Shown: positions 1-12,033 of the stretch, in pieces
Position numbering within the stretch: the stretch's first letter is position 1
Layout of the letters: the number at the start of each line of letters is the position of its first letter
From: Oopsacas minuta
Lineage: Eukaryota; Animalia; Porifera
Assembly (NCBI GenBank): GCA_024704765.1
Contig: JAKMXF010000004.1
Location: 124,001-188,000 of the forward strand
DNA length: 64,000 nucleotides
Direction: 5' to 3'
Program-made: the position numbers and the translations under genes
The notes under the pieces: model-generated
Database searches by the model: none
Told to the model about the DNA's origin: nothing
Seen by the model: only the letters and a program-made list of their open reading frames with translations

Positions 1-587
1 TTCTGGGAAAATCCTCAGATGTGTAGTTCCCATTATCGAAATTCCACCCCAAAGATGAACTTTAGATGGATGCCTGAAGGTTGGCAGATGAACCGTTTGT
101 CCCTTTTTAATCCACATGTTGACTCTTCCAGAGTCAAGCCAAACTGAACATTCATCAGTAAAGAAGGTCTTACTCCAGTCAAAACACTTCATTTCTTTAC
201 ACCAGACGATTCTTTTGGATACATGGAGGTCGGTTAGTGCTGGAACTCGGACAGCCCGCTTGCTGACAAAGTTTTGCCTCTTTACTTGAGTATGAAGAGT
301 ACTTATGGATACAGGAGAGCTCAATCTCGGTAGTATAGAACGTAGAGAGGTCCTCGGATTGCTTTGATACGAAGCAGCTATCCTTCTTTTGTCATTTGCC
401 TTGATTTTTGAAGGACGACCAGCACCCCTTTTGTGCTGAAGGCTTATATATCTTTTATCAGATTCAAGACACGATATACAGTCTGCTTAGGTATACTTGT
501 TCGCTGGCAGATATCCACTCCTTTGGTAATTCCTGCATTGTATAGTATCTCTATTTGATTTCTACGCTGTTGTTGGGTAGAGTGCAT
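1..587 (-). pseudogene. Tc1-like transposase, 5' part (runs off window start)
   Basis: Minus-strand translation from ATG 587 with a stop and frameshift: MHSTQQQRRNQIEILYNAG...HKRGAGRPSKI...WSKTFFTDECSVWLDSGRVNMW...PSKVHLWGGIS (HTH plus first catalytic D). TIR not confidently placed. Confidence 0.85.
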
Positions 588-805
588 GTACATTGTACAA
601 AATATGCAGTCTTAGATGACGGAAATGGGGTCTCGAAATATATATAGTTATATTTGCTTGGGAATCACAATATTTCAGCCAAACAAACGAAATATTATGT
701 GAAATAGCGAATCTATTGGTTTTCTAACAATTATAGGAAGTGTATATATACAGTAAGGTAAATGGTTGTATAATATGCGCATAACCTGATGTCCTTCATG
801 GTGAT

Positions 806-1646
806 TCAATTAATCATGAAATGTCCTAATAATTTCCGAACATACTGTAACTGCTTCCTGGATTGCAGGTAAAATGAGGTTTTCACCAATTGTATGTGGC
901 TTACCAGATTTGCAATTAGTAACGAAATGTTACAGGAGGCAACCAAACCATCAATGTTTTGTCTATCTATTTTTCCAAATATTCCGCCCATTGTTTTTCG
1001 GCTGTCTCTCATTTTAATGAAGAATTACACATCTTTCTCTACCTTATCACTGTGGCGCGATTTCAGATGATCAATCATTGTTGACGGCTTCATTCCCTCA
1101 TTAGAAAATACTTGTTCGCACAACAAACACATTGGGAGTTGTTCATTGGAAGGAGATTTAACAAATCCGTATTTGATATAATCAGCACTATACTGTCTAC
1201 ACTTCTTTTACTATTCATTTCTTCGATCGAGTTTATCAATTCCTTTCGGTTTAGATTTCTACGTATGTATTTATATTGAAATTAAACAGATTACTAACTA
1301 TTACGAAGTTTACATTTGTTTGAAGAACAATGATAATTATATTTCGATTAGGAAAGCCATAGACATTGTAACAAAATAATTCTTCATTCATTTTTAAGGA
1401 TTAGCTGTTGTTAATAATCACCAAGAGTATTACCACTGTAAATGTCTTTGATAATTGAAGTATTTGCTAGCACCTATTGTTAATGAATAATGAGGAATAT
1501 GATACCACTTTTTTGACCTGAGGTCGTATCTCTGTTTCGCTTTCTATAACCCACAGCGCCCCCCCAGCCCCCCTTGCTGCGTGGCCGCCCCCCTACAACC
1601 CTTCAGCGCCCCCCAGGGGCTCTACGGCCCACTTTGAGAAACACTG
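806..1646 (-). mobile_element. hAT (Buster/Charlie, ZBED5/SCAND3-like) 5' remnant
   Basis: About 1205-810 encodes CRQYSADYIKYGF...PMCLLCEQVFSNEGMKPSTMIDHLKSRH...ASCNISLLIA/KPHTIGENLILPAI. Charlie-type terminus CAGTGTTTCTCAAAGTG (rc, 1630-1646) is followed by gtttagat (NNNTANNN target). Partner end not found. Confidence 0.75.
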
Positions 1647-2221
1647 GTTTAGATGATACAAAAGAATGTTTAGGCGATGAGGATAGTGATAATATTATCA
1701 TCGATATTACAATGAATTCTAATTCATTTCATACGCGTAGACTATATATTTGCATAATGATATAGGGGTTTCTGGGTCTGATAGATTTCATACGCCTTGA
1801 GATATTTTTGCCCAAATTTATGCACCTGTAGGCGCGCCGCTTACCCCTGGATGGCACCCTATTCAAGTACAATACGATATATTTTACCAAGTTTTCGTCT
1901 ATTACACATTGAATGGCAAATTGCCACCTGTAAGTAATGGAAACAACATTATAGGAATTAGATTATCTATTCTTCAGATAATTTAATTGATAAGGATGAA
2001 GGATTATATGTGTATAATCTCGGAATAACAGAACTATATCAGGTGCTAGAAACTGTTTTGTTTCTACAATTTCTGATCTGGTAACAGGTAATAAAACAAA
2101 TCATGAAGAATTATGTGCAATTATCGTTGAAAACATGTTTGGTAAAGTGCGAATTGTGATACCTTTTTTGCTTACTAAGTGTGTGTATTTCAAGATAATT
2201 TTAGGAAAATTCAGGATTGGG

Positions 2222-5200
2222 TAAATAACATCTTGGACATTTTAACAGACTTGCGACTACTACCCAACTTTCAGTTTAGGGTTCCTCTATCCTTGTTAGC
2301 AGAAATGAAGTTGTAGATAGTATACCTTGCGATTCCAAACGCCAAAAAATGCTTAACTCTATAAGAAATCCCATGCTCATAATTTTTACGAAAAAAATGT
2401 CCAATAATGTGTCACCGTTGTGTCACTTTCAATTGATCCATCTCCTGATGCTATGTTCTAAAATAATCGAAAATGGATTGATTTTGAAATCTATATGCAA
2501 ATAATGCATTGGTGAACAAAGATTTATGAATTGAAAACATCTCGTTGTTATGGTGAACTATAAAATATGTCCAAAATTTTAGTGCTCACCCGTTACATCC
2601 CCACTCTGGCGATCTCTATTGTGCAAAATTAGCAATAAAGTAGGTGTCTCCAACAGAAAAATGGCTCGAAAATTCGATTTCTCTCAATCATATGTTCGTA
2701 AGATTATCAAAGAGAATGGTGTTATTTATCATAAATGTAAGCGAGTCCCAGATAGTAAACCCGAACAAGAATTGAGGGCTAAGTCTAGGTGTCTAAAATT
2801 ACGGAGAGATTTTTCCCCATCAAGCACAACTCATATTGTAATGGATGACGAATCGTATTTCGGACTAAACGATGACAATATCAATGTTAATAAGGGTTAT
2901 TATATTTCAGAATCTCTCTCAGCCAAGTCTCTGAATCCTAGAATTAGTTATACTCGTAAATCCAAGTACCAGCCTAAACTTTTAATTTGGTTAGCAATTT
3001 CGAAAGAAGGCATATCGGAGCCATATTTTTGTCCTCGGAATCTTTCAGTGACTGGCGAAATTTACCGAAATCAACGCATAAAAAGCATCTAATTCCTTTC
3101 TTGGAAAAGTTCATGAAGAGGGTGAATATTACTTCTGGCCTAATCTATCAAGTAGTCATTATGCTAAAGATACACTGAAACTTCTTGAAGATCTAAATAT
3201 CCCATATATTCCAAAATCTGCTAACCCTCCTAATACACCTCAATTATGGCCAATTGTGGATTTCTGTGGTTATTTGAAATCCAAAGTTTATGAAGGTGGG
3301 TGGGAAGCTAGATCCTTCAGAATGTTGAAGCAAAGGATTCGGAAATCAATCAGGCAAGCGGAATTTTCAAGTGTCAAGACCAGGCATGTACAACCTTTTC
3401 GAGAAGTGGGCCATAATACGATGTTCAAACTATGTTGTGGCCGGGTGTTAATTTTTATTCACAATTTGTAATAACTATATATTTATCAGATTGAATTACT
3501 TGTCGATAGTTTAGAAATTAATCTTGCAACTTACAAGGATGAAAAATAGAGTTTAATTAAGAGCTCCTAATTCTATAGTAAAAAAACTAAATTATAATAA
3601 CTAATGAGATACTTGGCACTGCTTGGAGCGAACTATCATTGAAATATCAGGTCTGATTGTTGATGTTGCAACTCGAAGCTGATTTAAGAGATGTCTGTCA
3701 GTAAGGTTGGTTCTAGCTTTGGTTTTAGTAAGCTTCATTTCGAGAAAAATTGTTCGTAGATGTAGTTACTGCCAAAGACACATGCCATCTTAAGTTCATG
3801 GTAATAAAGTTTTGGGAATGTTGTCTTCGGAAAATATTGCTTGTAAAAATCTATCAAGGGAGCATCTCTAGACTTTTCTCTTAGATGTGATGTACATTGT
3901 AGTTCTATTGGTTCAATTTGATATCTTTCTGGAACTAAATCAACATCAATATCGAATGAAGACGAGAATATTTTGGAACCTTGTTCGTGGACATCAAAAC
4001 TTGCCATCCTATGAGAAAATTCAGTTTTAAGTATTGTTATTTCTTCAGCATATTTGGTCAAATTGATTGATACCGTCCCATTTACAGTAAGTTTTTTCAG
4101 GAAAGGGAAATGACTAGCCTTATTTTCCAGCAGCTGCCTCTCCCAAAGTTGAAGTTTAAATTGAAATGCCTTGATATGTTTATAGAGTTGGGTGACAAGT
4201 TGATTTTTTCCCTGGAGCTTTGTATTCAATTCATTAAGGTGTGTTATTATGTCCACCAAAAATGCTAAGTCCATCTGCCAAGACTCATCTTATAATTCAG
4301 GCACATGGTGGTCTTTCATTTCGACGAAAAGTTGGATTTCATGTAAAAGATTGTAGAATCTCATCAAACAATTTCCCCTACTTAACCAGCGAACCTCGCT
4401 GTAAAAAGTCACATCGCCATATTCAGCATTAATTTCAATCAGGAATTTTTTAAACTGTCTGTGATTTAGAGCTTTTGATCGGATGAAGTTTACTGTATTT
4501 ACAACAACAGACATTACATTATTCATACTGAGACGTTTAGCGCATAGGTTTCCTGGTGAATGATGCAATGAGATATGATTAGATCGGATTCTAAACCTAA
4601 TATCGATAGCTCTCTCAATGCAAGCGCAACTACGCCTTTTCTCTTTCCCAGCATACAGGGAGCACCGTCCGTAGTTAATGCAATGAGTTTCGAGAAGTTA
4701 AATTATATTTCAGCAACGAATTTTTCAGTTCAGCAAATAGTTGTTCTCCAGTTGTGTACCTCTCATATTACATAACTCTAATAGATTTTCTGTGTTATTA
4801 AAATCAGTGTCTAAACCTTGGACAAATATTGCAAGCTGTGCAGTATCACCCACTCAGTAGATTCATCGAGACAAATGGAATAGCACTGAAATTTTCTGAA
4901 CATTTCATCAACAATGCTTCTATATTTTCTGCCAAGTCATCTAGCCTTCGAGGTACTGTAATACGGGATAGACTGATTTAGAAATTAGTTCTTTTCTCTC
5001 AGGACACCACATCCCAGTGACAGTCTTAATACAGTCCATAACAAATTCTCCATCTGTGAAACACTAGATTTTTAGCAATAATTTCACTTACGGCGTAGCC
5101 AGCTCTTACTACGCCTTCTTCATCTCTGTTAACCTTTGTAAATATAGCTTGAGGTGCCTGGAGGGATATTTTGAGACTTTCAACTTTTTCATTTCGTAAA

Positions 5201-5733
5201 TTAAGCGTGAATCTGTCATGTTTATCAGCATGTTTAGCATATAGTGTCGCTTAATGTTGTGTTCCTTGATTACAGCTACTGATTGAGAACAAATAAGACA
5301 AATGGGTCTGTCTTCTTGAAAAATAAAAATATATTTTTCAGTCTATTTATCATTGAATGCATGACATTCAAAGTCAAATTTTCTTCGCTTAGCAGCCATA
5401 TCAGTCATTTATTATGGGTATTCAGGAAATTGATTAAATATCCAAAATATCTAATATAGAAATTGAAAATATCAATTACGGGTTAATAAAATAAGGATGT
5501 GGGTGATTATATATTCTATAAGTTTTGTCCTATGCGGGCCGGGGGTTGTACATGCCTGGTCAAGGCGCATATCCGAAAATCTGCAGACAATGGCCCATTA
5601 GCAGCGATCCATTGAGTTCTAGCTAAATTAAAATGCAATTAAACAAATATGATCGAATTATACAATACTCTGTTGATAATTGTTACATGCTCAAACAGGA
5701 TAAATTTTTTCGAATCTTTTAGTGCTCACCCGT
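2222..5733 (+). mobile_element. L31-like (DD37E) IS630-Tc1-mariner element with inverted 5' part and a nested hAT
   Basis: Plus-strand transposase 2604-3380 plus 5567-5615: HIVMDDESYF, YFWP(N)LSSSHYA, NPPNTPQLWPI(V), with 37 residues between the degenerate D and E positions. The N-terminus lies on the minus strand (2441-2222). The TIR motif ttttagtgctcacccgt+TA occurs at 2577-2595 and 5717-5735 in the same orientation. Confidence 0.85.
3381..5558 (-). mobile_element. hAT transposon, SPIN/GTF2IRD2-like, full length, degenerate
   Basis: 15-bp TIR CAGGCATGTACAACC at both ends; 8-bp TSD gtcaagac/gtcaaggc. Broken ORF 5408-3601 (PICLICSQSVAVIKEHNIKRHY; SEVRWLSRG; FGSNYIYEQFFSK; KQCQVSH*). Excision restores the L31 C-terminus FSSVKAHIRKSADNGPL. 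Confidence 0.95.
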
Positions 5734-5899
5734 TATAAGGTTTGGGAGATGGGCTACTGACTCAGAGATATTTGTAACTTAGTTGGAATTAATATGATAT
5801 TTGGGTGTTTTTGGGGCGTGCTGCAACTCATTGGCTGGGTTTTCAGCTAATGGATCAAGTTTGGGTCAATTATTTAAGGAGGTGATTTCAAATGTTGTA

Positions 5900-7238
5900 C
5901 AGGGTGTACCAAAAGTGCTGTCGTATAACTAACAATTATCCGAAGTTCATAATATTCGCAACCCATTCCATACTCTTATTATTTTGTTATTATTCCGATA
6001 GTTGAGTTTGTTTTGTATATTTATCTGCACAAATTAGATTTTATATTCTCACTCTTTGATATTTTTTCCAAGTTTTTACATTTTTGTGCACTTTTCAAAT
6101 AACTGATGTCAACGACCATGGTATTGAACTTCGAAATATAGCCATTGGGATGCTAAAGGCTGATTTGACTCTTAAAAAAGCGTCAGAAGCCCTAAGGTAT
6201 TTCTATTAGATCAGTCCAAAGATGGTCCCGTTGGGAAAAACCTGGACAATCCTTGGGTACTTTATCTAGCAGCGGACGCCCAAAGATCATTTCTCGCGTT
6301 CCTAAAATCATCATATCAAAGTCTTTGTCCAAGAGAGGAAAATCTACACGATCTATAGCACGTACATTGGTCAATTCTGGTTTTCCTCTTCACATTCAAC
6401 AGTACATCGCTATTTGAGGAATTCCATCCATGTTTATCCTTACAAAAGGCAGCGAATCCCTCGTCTCACCAATAAAATGATGCAAAATCGACTCGGCTTC
6501 GCCCTCAAGCACAAGAATTGGACCGTAACAGATTGGGAGGATGTTTTGTGTTCCGATGAACCACCCTTTCAACTATTTTCACCACCAAACAGGCAGAACG
6601 ACCGAGTGCGGTCACATAGTTCGGCAGATGTTCAGCCATTCAAATGTGTTAAATTCCCGGTGAAATCCAAGTTTGGGGGATGATGTCTCATCAGGCACTC
6701 TCAGAACTCATATAATCCCTCAGAAACAGAATGTTAACGGAGAATATTATCGAGAAAAATACTGAAAGGAACTTGCATGGATGCAATGAAGAGAACAGCA
6801 AATTCTGACACTATTTTGGAACGGTCTATGACTGAAAAGATGTCCCAGTCGATTTTTATGCAAGATGGCGCTCCAGCCCACACCGCCAAGTTCACTCAGA
6901 CTTGGTGTTCAGTACACCTGCCAAACTATTGAGCGAAGGTTGACTGGCCAAGCAACTCCTCGGATTTGAATCCGATCGAAAATTTATTGTCTATCCTACG
7001 AACAACTCAGTAAACTCCCGAAGTAAGCACTATAAATTCCCTCATAATTCATTTAAAATGGTGTGGTCAGGGATTGACCCTGTGATTCTTCAAAATTTGA
7101 CAAATGGTATGCCCGATCGCATTAGCAAAAGTTATAAATCGGTCAGGAGATTATATTGGGAAATAGAGTAAGTATATATTGTGTATTGAATATGTTATAG
7201 TCAAATATATAATAGGACAGCACTTTTGATACACACTG
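5900..7238 (+). mobile_element. Tc1-like element with DD37E spacing (TRT-like), degenerate
   Basis: About 28-bp TIR CAG(G/T)GTGTA(C/T)CAAAAGTGCTGTC, TA TSD. Motifs VLCSDE and FMQDGAPAH...WPSNSSDLNPIE with 37 residues between D and E; several frameshifts and stops. Confidence 0.92.
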
Positions 7239-7939
7239 TATATATTCAGACTTTAAGTACTCATTACCATCCCGTACTATCTCAAAATTATGTCGATAAA
7301 TAAATTATTTTTAAAAGCAACCTAAGCATTGGTTGCAATATATGGCAGCGAAATTATTCATTTACCACTAGATTATTAGTGAGACCGATAAATTAAAATG
7401 GAATTATTAGTGTGATTATACTTATGCATTGCGAATACATTAAATAATTTCTTAACCTTTAACCTAGGTTGTTTTTTACAAACCCCTCAATTAATTCCTG
7501 TATTCGACATCACTTGAGTTAAGTAATAATATATAAATGAAGAAGTAATTATCATTTTACAATATTACTGATGTTTTTGCTCAATTTACATGCTTCATCC
7601 CATTGAATTTAGCCCAAAGAAAAGTGGAGTACTCATTGAATGTTACTGCTAAAAAGAAAGTGATGGCTCTAATTACAAGTTCCAGTTGATAATTACGCTC
7701 AGATAGATATAGTTCATTTTATGGATACATTATCTTCGATTATACTTTGAATATTGTAAGTAATTTATCAAAAACATTTTCTATAAATGAATCTTGAATA
7801 TTTGTGGGTGTCATCTAAATATTTAAATATATTGTGAGATAGTTTAAAAGATCACAAATGTAAATATGTACGATATGTATCGACAGTTGGATTGTATGGG
7901 ATAATTATATGACTTTGCCTATAATCAAGATACGTTTAG

Positions 7940-8137
7940 AAGCTAGATTATATTTCGCAAGATTTGGAAATTGCACACATCAATAAGCAAAGCTCTGGCA
8001 GAATATATTATGTAACCAGTGAACATGATAGCCATATCCTTATCCTTAAAATTATCTTGATGTATCTAGGAAATATATCTCCAAATCTCTCTTACAAGCG
8101 ATTATTTTACAAATTTATTCAAATTTGGATAAGATAA
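7940..8137 (+). other. Candidate exon (65 open codons after a tttag acceptor)
   Basis: KLDYISQDLEIAHINKQSSGRIYY... stays open for 65 codons in AT-rich DNA. It may continue the disrupted gene at 1863-5880. No recognisable domain. Confidence 0.3.
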
Positions 8138-9836
8138 TAGTTCCTTTCTATTTTTTGGAACATTCATTTGGTGACTAGGACCACCTCCTGGAGTTAATCC
8201 GTCTTACCATTCTTGCATTTATAATTACAAATTGAAGTGTTGAATATTTGCAGAAATGTGTCATCCATGGTTATTACTATAACTGTGTGACCTGAGAACT
8301 TTATTACGGCAATGTTTTGTTATTGTTTATGAAAACATCCTTGGATCAATTGGTCTATTTCTAGAGTCTACGAAGAGATATTGAAAATTTAACAGAGCTT
8401 CAAAAATGGCCATTTTTCACAACTTGTTCCCGTTTTAGCCAATCAGATGACATCATTTCGACTTTGGACTCGTCGGATATCATAACTTGTGTTAATTATT
8501 AACACGAGCAATAATACATTTATTCGGGGAAAATACACCAATTTTGTATTATCGTGAGTAACATTATTGCCTATTAATTTAATAGACTTCAAGTAATCCA
8601 TGGTTTAGAATAGTAGTAAAACCTTATCTACTGATGGTCACGCCTAGACTAATTTAATCTACTGAAAACAAAACTTGAAACAAAAATCAATGTTGGTTCA
8701 AAAATCGGCTTTTGTCTTCAGAATTATCAGTAAGCAGGGATAAATGAGGTTGTTAATTCAATTTCTATAGCATGAAATTTAATCACAAATAAGATAGGAA
8801 TGTGAATGCTTGAATGTTGACAAAAATGCATTAAAATAGGTATAATTCATTTGGAATTTTAGAATTATTAGATAATTAGTGAATTATGGTAGTCAATTAC
8901 AAATAATTGTAAATAACTTCAAGGGAACATTGCAAGTTAAAGAAACTTGGTTTATTCTGAAAACCTACTTAAATCGATAGTTTGAACAGATAAATTTGGG
9001 TTTCGGAGATATCCTCGAAAGCTAAATCATAGTTCCGATTTACTTACGGTGACAGTTTCAGTTTCAATATTGAGGCTGCATATATGCACGAATCAATCGA
9101 GTTATATTTTTGATCAATTCTCCAGATCTTTATGCTATAAGAGAAAGTTTTGTGACAAAATTAGTTCAGGAGTTTGAGGTTTAACAAGGACCAGGCCAAT
9201 TTTTCCAGTATTGTTGCAAGTTTCCCTTTGGAGCTACATACTCAAAGTCCAGAAGTTTCTACTTATTCTAATTATACATTCACATTTGTATTATTTTCAA
9301 TTATATGGAAATTTTAAATGCTGTATAACTCTCTCAATTCATTCTAACCATTTATTCGTTGTGATATACGTAATCAGCGTCAAAGTCCCCCTCGTTTGAG
9401 TGATCACTTGACCATTTTTGGAGAGACTTTTTCCTAACTACCCAAGAATACCTCATGAATGTGACAACTTTCCAATCTCAAATTGTGTCGTAACCCACTC
9501 CGTTCAGTAACCACGCAGCTAGGTCTACTGCATCTAGTTATACACACATCGACTTTCTAAATGATCGTGAAACACGATTATTTTCCCGATCCCTCAATTT
9601 TATTGATATTTCTTACATATTTACCGTAAGTATACCTGTAATCGTTTGTTTTGTTAATAATTCATAGTAATAAATTGATTATTTTTCGTAAGCTTGAGCT
9701 CTTGGTAACTGGAAGATATTTGTATGCTTAAAGTTAGTGAAAAAATTTGAATTTGAATTGTCATACTTCCATCTCATGATTTATCCTGAAAGATGACTCG
9801 TTTGCATGGGAATAATGATATTCTATATAGTGGGAA

Positions 9837-9888
9837 GTCAGTTGATTGCCCTAACTAAACATGTGATTGTTTTGGGCAATCAACTGAC
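9837..9888. repeat. Perfect 15-bp inverted repeat with 22-bp spacer
   Basis: gtcagttgattgccc (9837-9851) and gggcaatcaactgac (9874-9888). Confidence 0.9.
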
Positions 9889-10854
9889 AGAAGCAAATCA
9901 GAGGAGGTTGGCAAAATCACCATGTCAAGAAAAGGCGACTCTTCAAAGTAAACTTGCTCGGTAATATTATGCTTGCAATCTGCCTTTTAACCTTCCTGAA
10001 CATGTCATCTTCAAGCAGACTATTTCCATACTTTGACCAGGTTACTTTCCTCCTTCAAGAGACTATCTAGCTTGTACACTTCTTAAAAGGTGTCCGAAGA
10101 AGTAACTAAAGTCGCAATGACAGACTTATATGGAAACACGTACTTTATTCTAAGATGGATAGTGCGACAAATATAACACTCCTGTTATTACATACAGTGT
10201 ACACACAGGTGAAAAATCTTACTTTGCAACTACAATAGACACTGGTTCTACTAAACAAATTGCTAGATATTGTGTATCATTGGGCAATAGATGCATCTTT
10301 CCAGAAGGTTTGGGTGCAACGTTGTCGCGGTTGTAACTGATAATGAGAAAAAATGCAGTCCAATCGGTTTGAGTTGAAATCAACGAACGAATCCCTTCAG
10401 TATATTGTTGTGCTTCTCATTTTCTGAATTTGATTGCTAAGGATTTAATGTCATTAATAGTAATAGCCCATGTTACAGAAATAATAAATATTTTCACACT
10501 CATCATGGGCCAGGAGCTCTTTTGACCAATCAGAAAGGATCAATACGCCACAATTACCAGTTGTTACACCCGAATAGCCAAATGGAGTGTATCCAAATCC
10601 ATCTGACCAATATACCTTTCCTATTGAATATTTTGGCACAGAATGAGATGTAATCATAACTCTTATTGCTCACCTCATTAGCAACATAGGTCTCTATCGA
10701 GAAGCGAGATATATTCGTAACCAGCTTCCACCGATTGCAATATCTCTGTATAAATTTGTATGACAAAATCTAATATTGCAGATTCATGCGAAGAATGACG
10801 GAAATTAATATAATTGGAGCAACTTACCAATCACCACACAAAGATTCAACAACG

Positions 10855-10981
10855 TGTAATGTAAGTTTAATAGTAGTAAGCTAGATCTAATAATCTATAC
10901 AATCTCTAGTATTAGACTATCCATACATTAATCTTCAAATAATTACAGGCACTACATTTTATATTAATATACTTCGTTCCA
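10855..10981 (-). repeat. 3' LTR (127 bp)
   Basis: TG...CA ends; about 80% similar by eye to 21494-21630. Confidence 0.9.
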
Positions 10982-10994
10982 TATCTCCCCCCTT
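10982..10994 (-). other. Polypurine tract
   Basis: AAGGGGGGAGATA immediately 5' of the 3' LTR on the minus strand. Confidence 0.85.
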
Positions 10995-12033
10995 AGGCAT
11001 TCAATATATCTCGTAGTCCTGTAAATATTGTGCTAACCTTTTATCACGATGAGGACGTCTTGGAAAGTTTCGACGTTCTCACTTTCCGGTTCTTGTATTT
11101 CCATGGGGATTGTTTCACTATGAACATTTTCACTCTCTGAGTTAAATACTCAGAAGGAAATTGGAGTCTTGTTTACTGGCAATCTCATCCTTCTGAACAT
11201 AACGAGGTCTGGCTCTATTGATAGGTACTATCCTACTTCGTCCATCTTGATGCTTCATCTTTAGATTGACTTCACCTAACACTTCCAGTACAGACCATTT
11301 CCCCTTTCAACGATGATGTAACTTTCCTCCAAAAGATATTCTAAGCCAGATATCATCACCCACCCTGAACTTAATCGTCCTCGAAGCATATACATCATAG
11401 AATCTCTTCTGTGTTTTTGAAGCTGTTTCGAGATGATCATGCACCAAATTTTTGTATTTCTAAAGTCTCTACTTTAATTGTTTTGCGTAACCCAAGGAAT
11501 CATAGCCAACCTCCAGATCCAACCCTCTCGGTCCAAGCTCTCTACCATACATTAACGTAAAAGGACCCGTTTCAATAGATGAATGGTAGAAAGTATGATA
11601 CGAGTAAACCATGAGAGAGAGAAAATCTTCCGATTGTATTCTTACAACAAACGAACGCAACATGTCTAAGAGAATCCAATTCGACTTTCGATTAAACCAT
11701 CCCTCCTGGATGGTATGAAGCAGTATGCTCTTCTTTACCCCGAAAGATTCGCATAAATCAGCCATCATTCTGCTCTCAAAATTTCAACCTTGGTCGCTAT
11801 GTAACACTCTTGGTATTCCAATACGGCAAAAACAAGGACATGAGCAATTCTACAACTCGTTCTGCCTATTGAACAAGCATTGAGATGGCTCTATCAATTT
11901 GGTCAAATACCCTTGTATAACTAGAAGATAATTATTCCCTCATGAATTAATTGGAGTTTCCATAATGTCGACTACAATCCGATGCCACGAATTTCCTATA
12001 TGAGTGCTGATCATTAATAATTTGGGAGACATA

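Larger units (their letters stand above)
1863..5880 (+). pseudogene. Fragments of a spliced host gene of unknown family, disrupted by transposons
   Basis: GT-AG introns at 1930-1977 (48 nt) and 2142-2194 (53 nt). After removing the L31 element and undoing its inversion, the exons read ...RLLHIEWQIATYNLIDKDEGLYVYNLG / ...GNKTNHEELCAIIVENMFDNFRKIQDWGCIRFGRWATDSEIF... / YDIWVFLGRAATHWLGFQLMDQVWVNYLRR, with frameshifts and stops. Confidence 0.5.

Noticed and set aside
1763-1861. Small TAGGG-ended MITE
   Set aside because: Arms match only at 5 bp and there is no TSD.
8486-8508. 23-bp near-palindrome cttgtgttaattattaacacgag
   Set aside because: Probably part of a small decayed TE fragment; no ends or TSD could be defined.
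9470-9535. DAVDLAAWLLNG...DWKVVTF resembling a phospholipase B motif
   Set aside because: It contains a stop, lacks the following GxND motif, and has no supporting exons.
9532-9539. atctagtt as the left TSD of the hAT ending at 21989
   Set aside because: It matches 7/8 but is not followed by a CAGGGTTGGCAA terminus.
7500-9720. Minus-strand gene with 20-26-nt micro-introns (e.g. gtaagtaaatcggaactatgatttag)
   Set aside because: Exon chains could be built but were short and not unique. The plus strand gives a longer open frame, and chance GT..AG pairs are common in AT-rich DNA.
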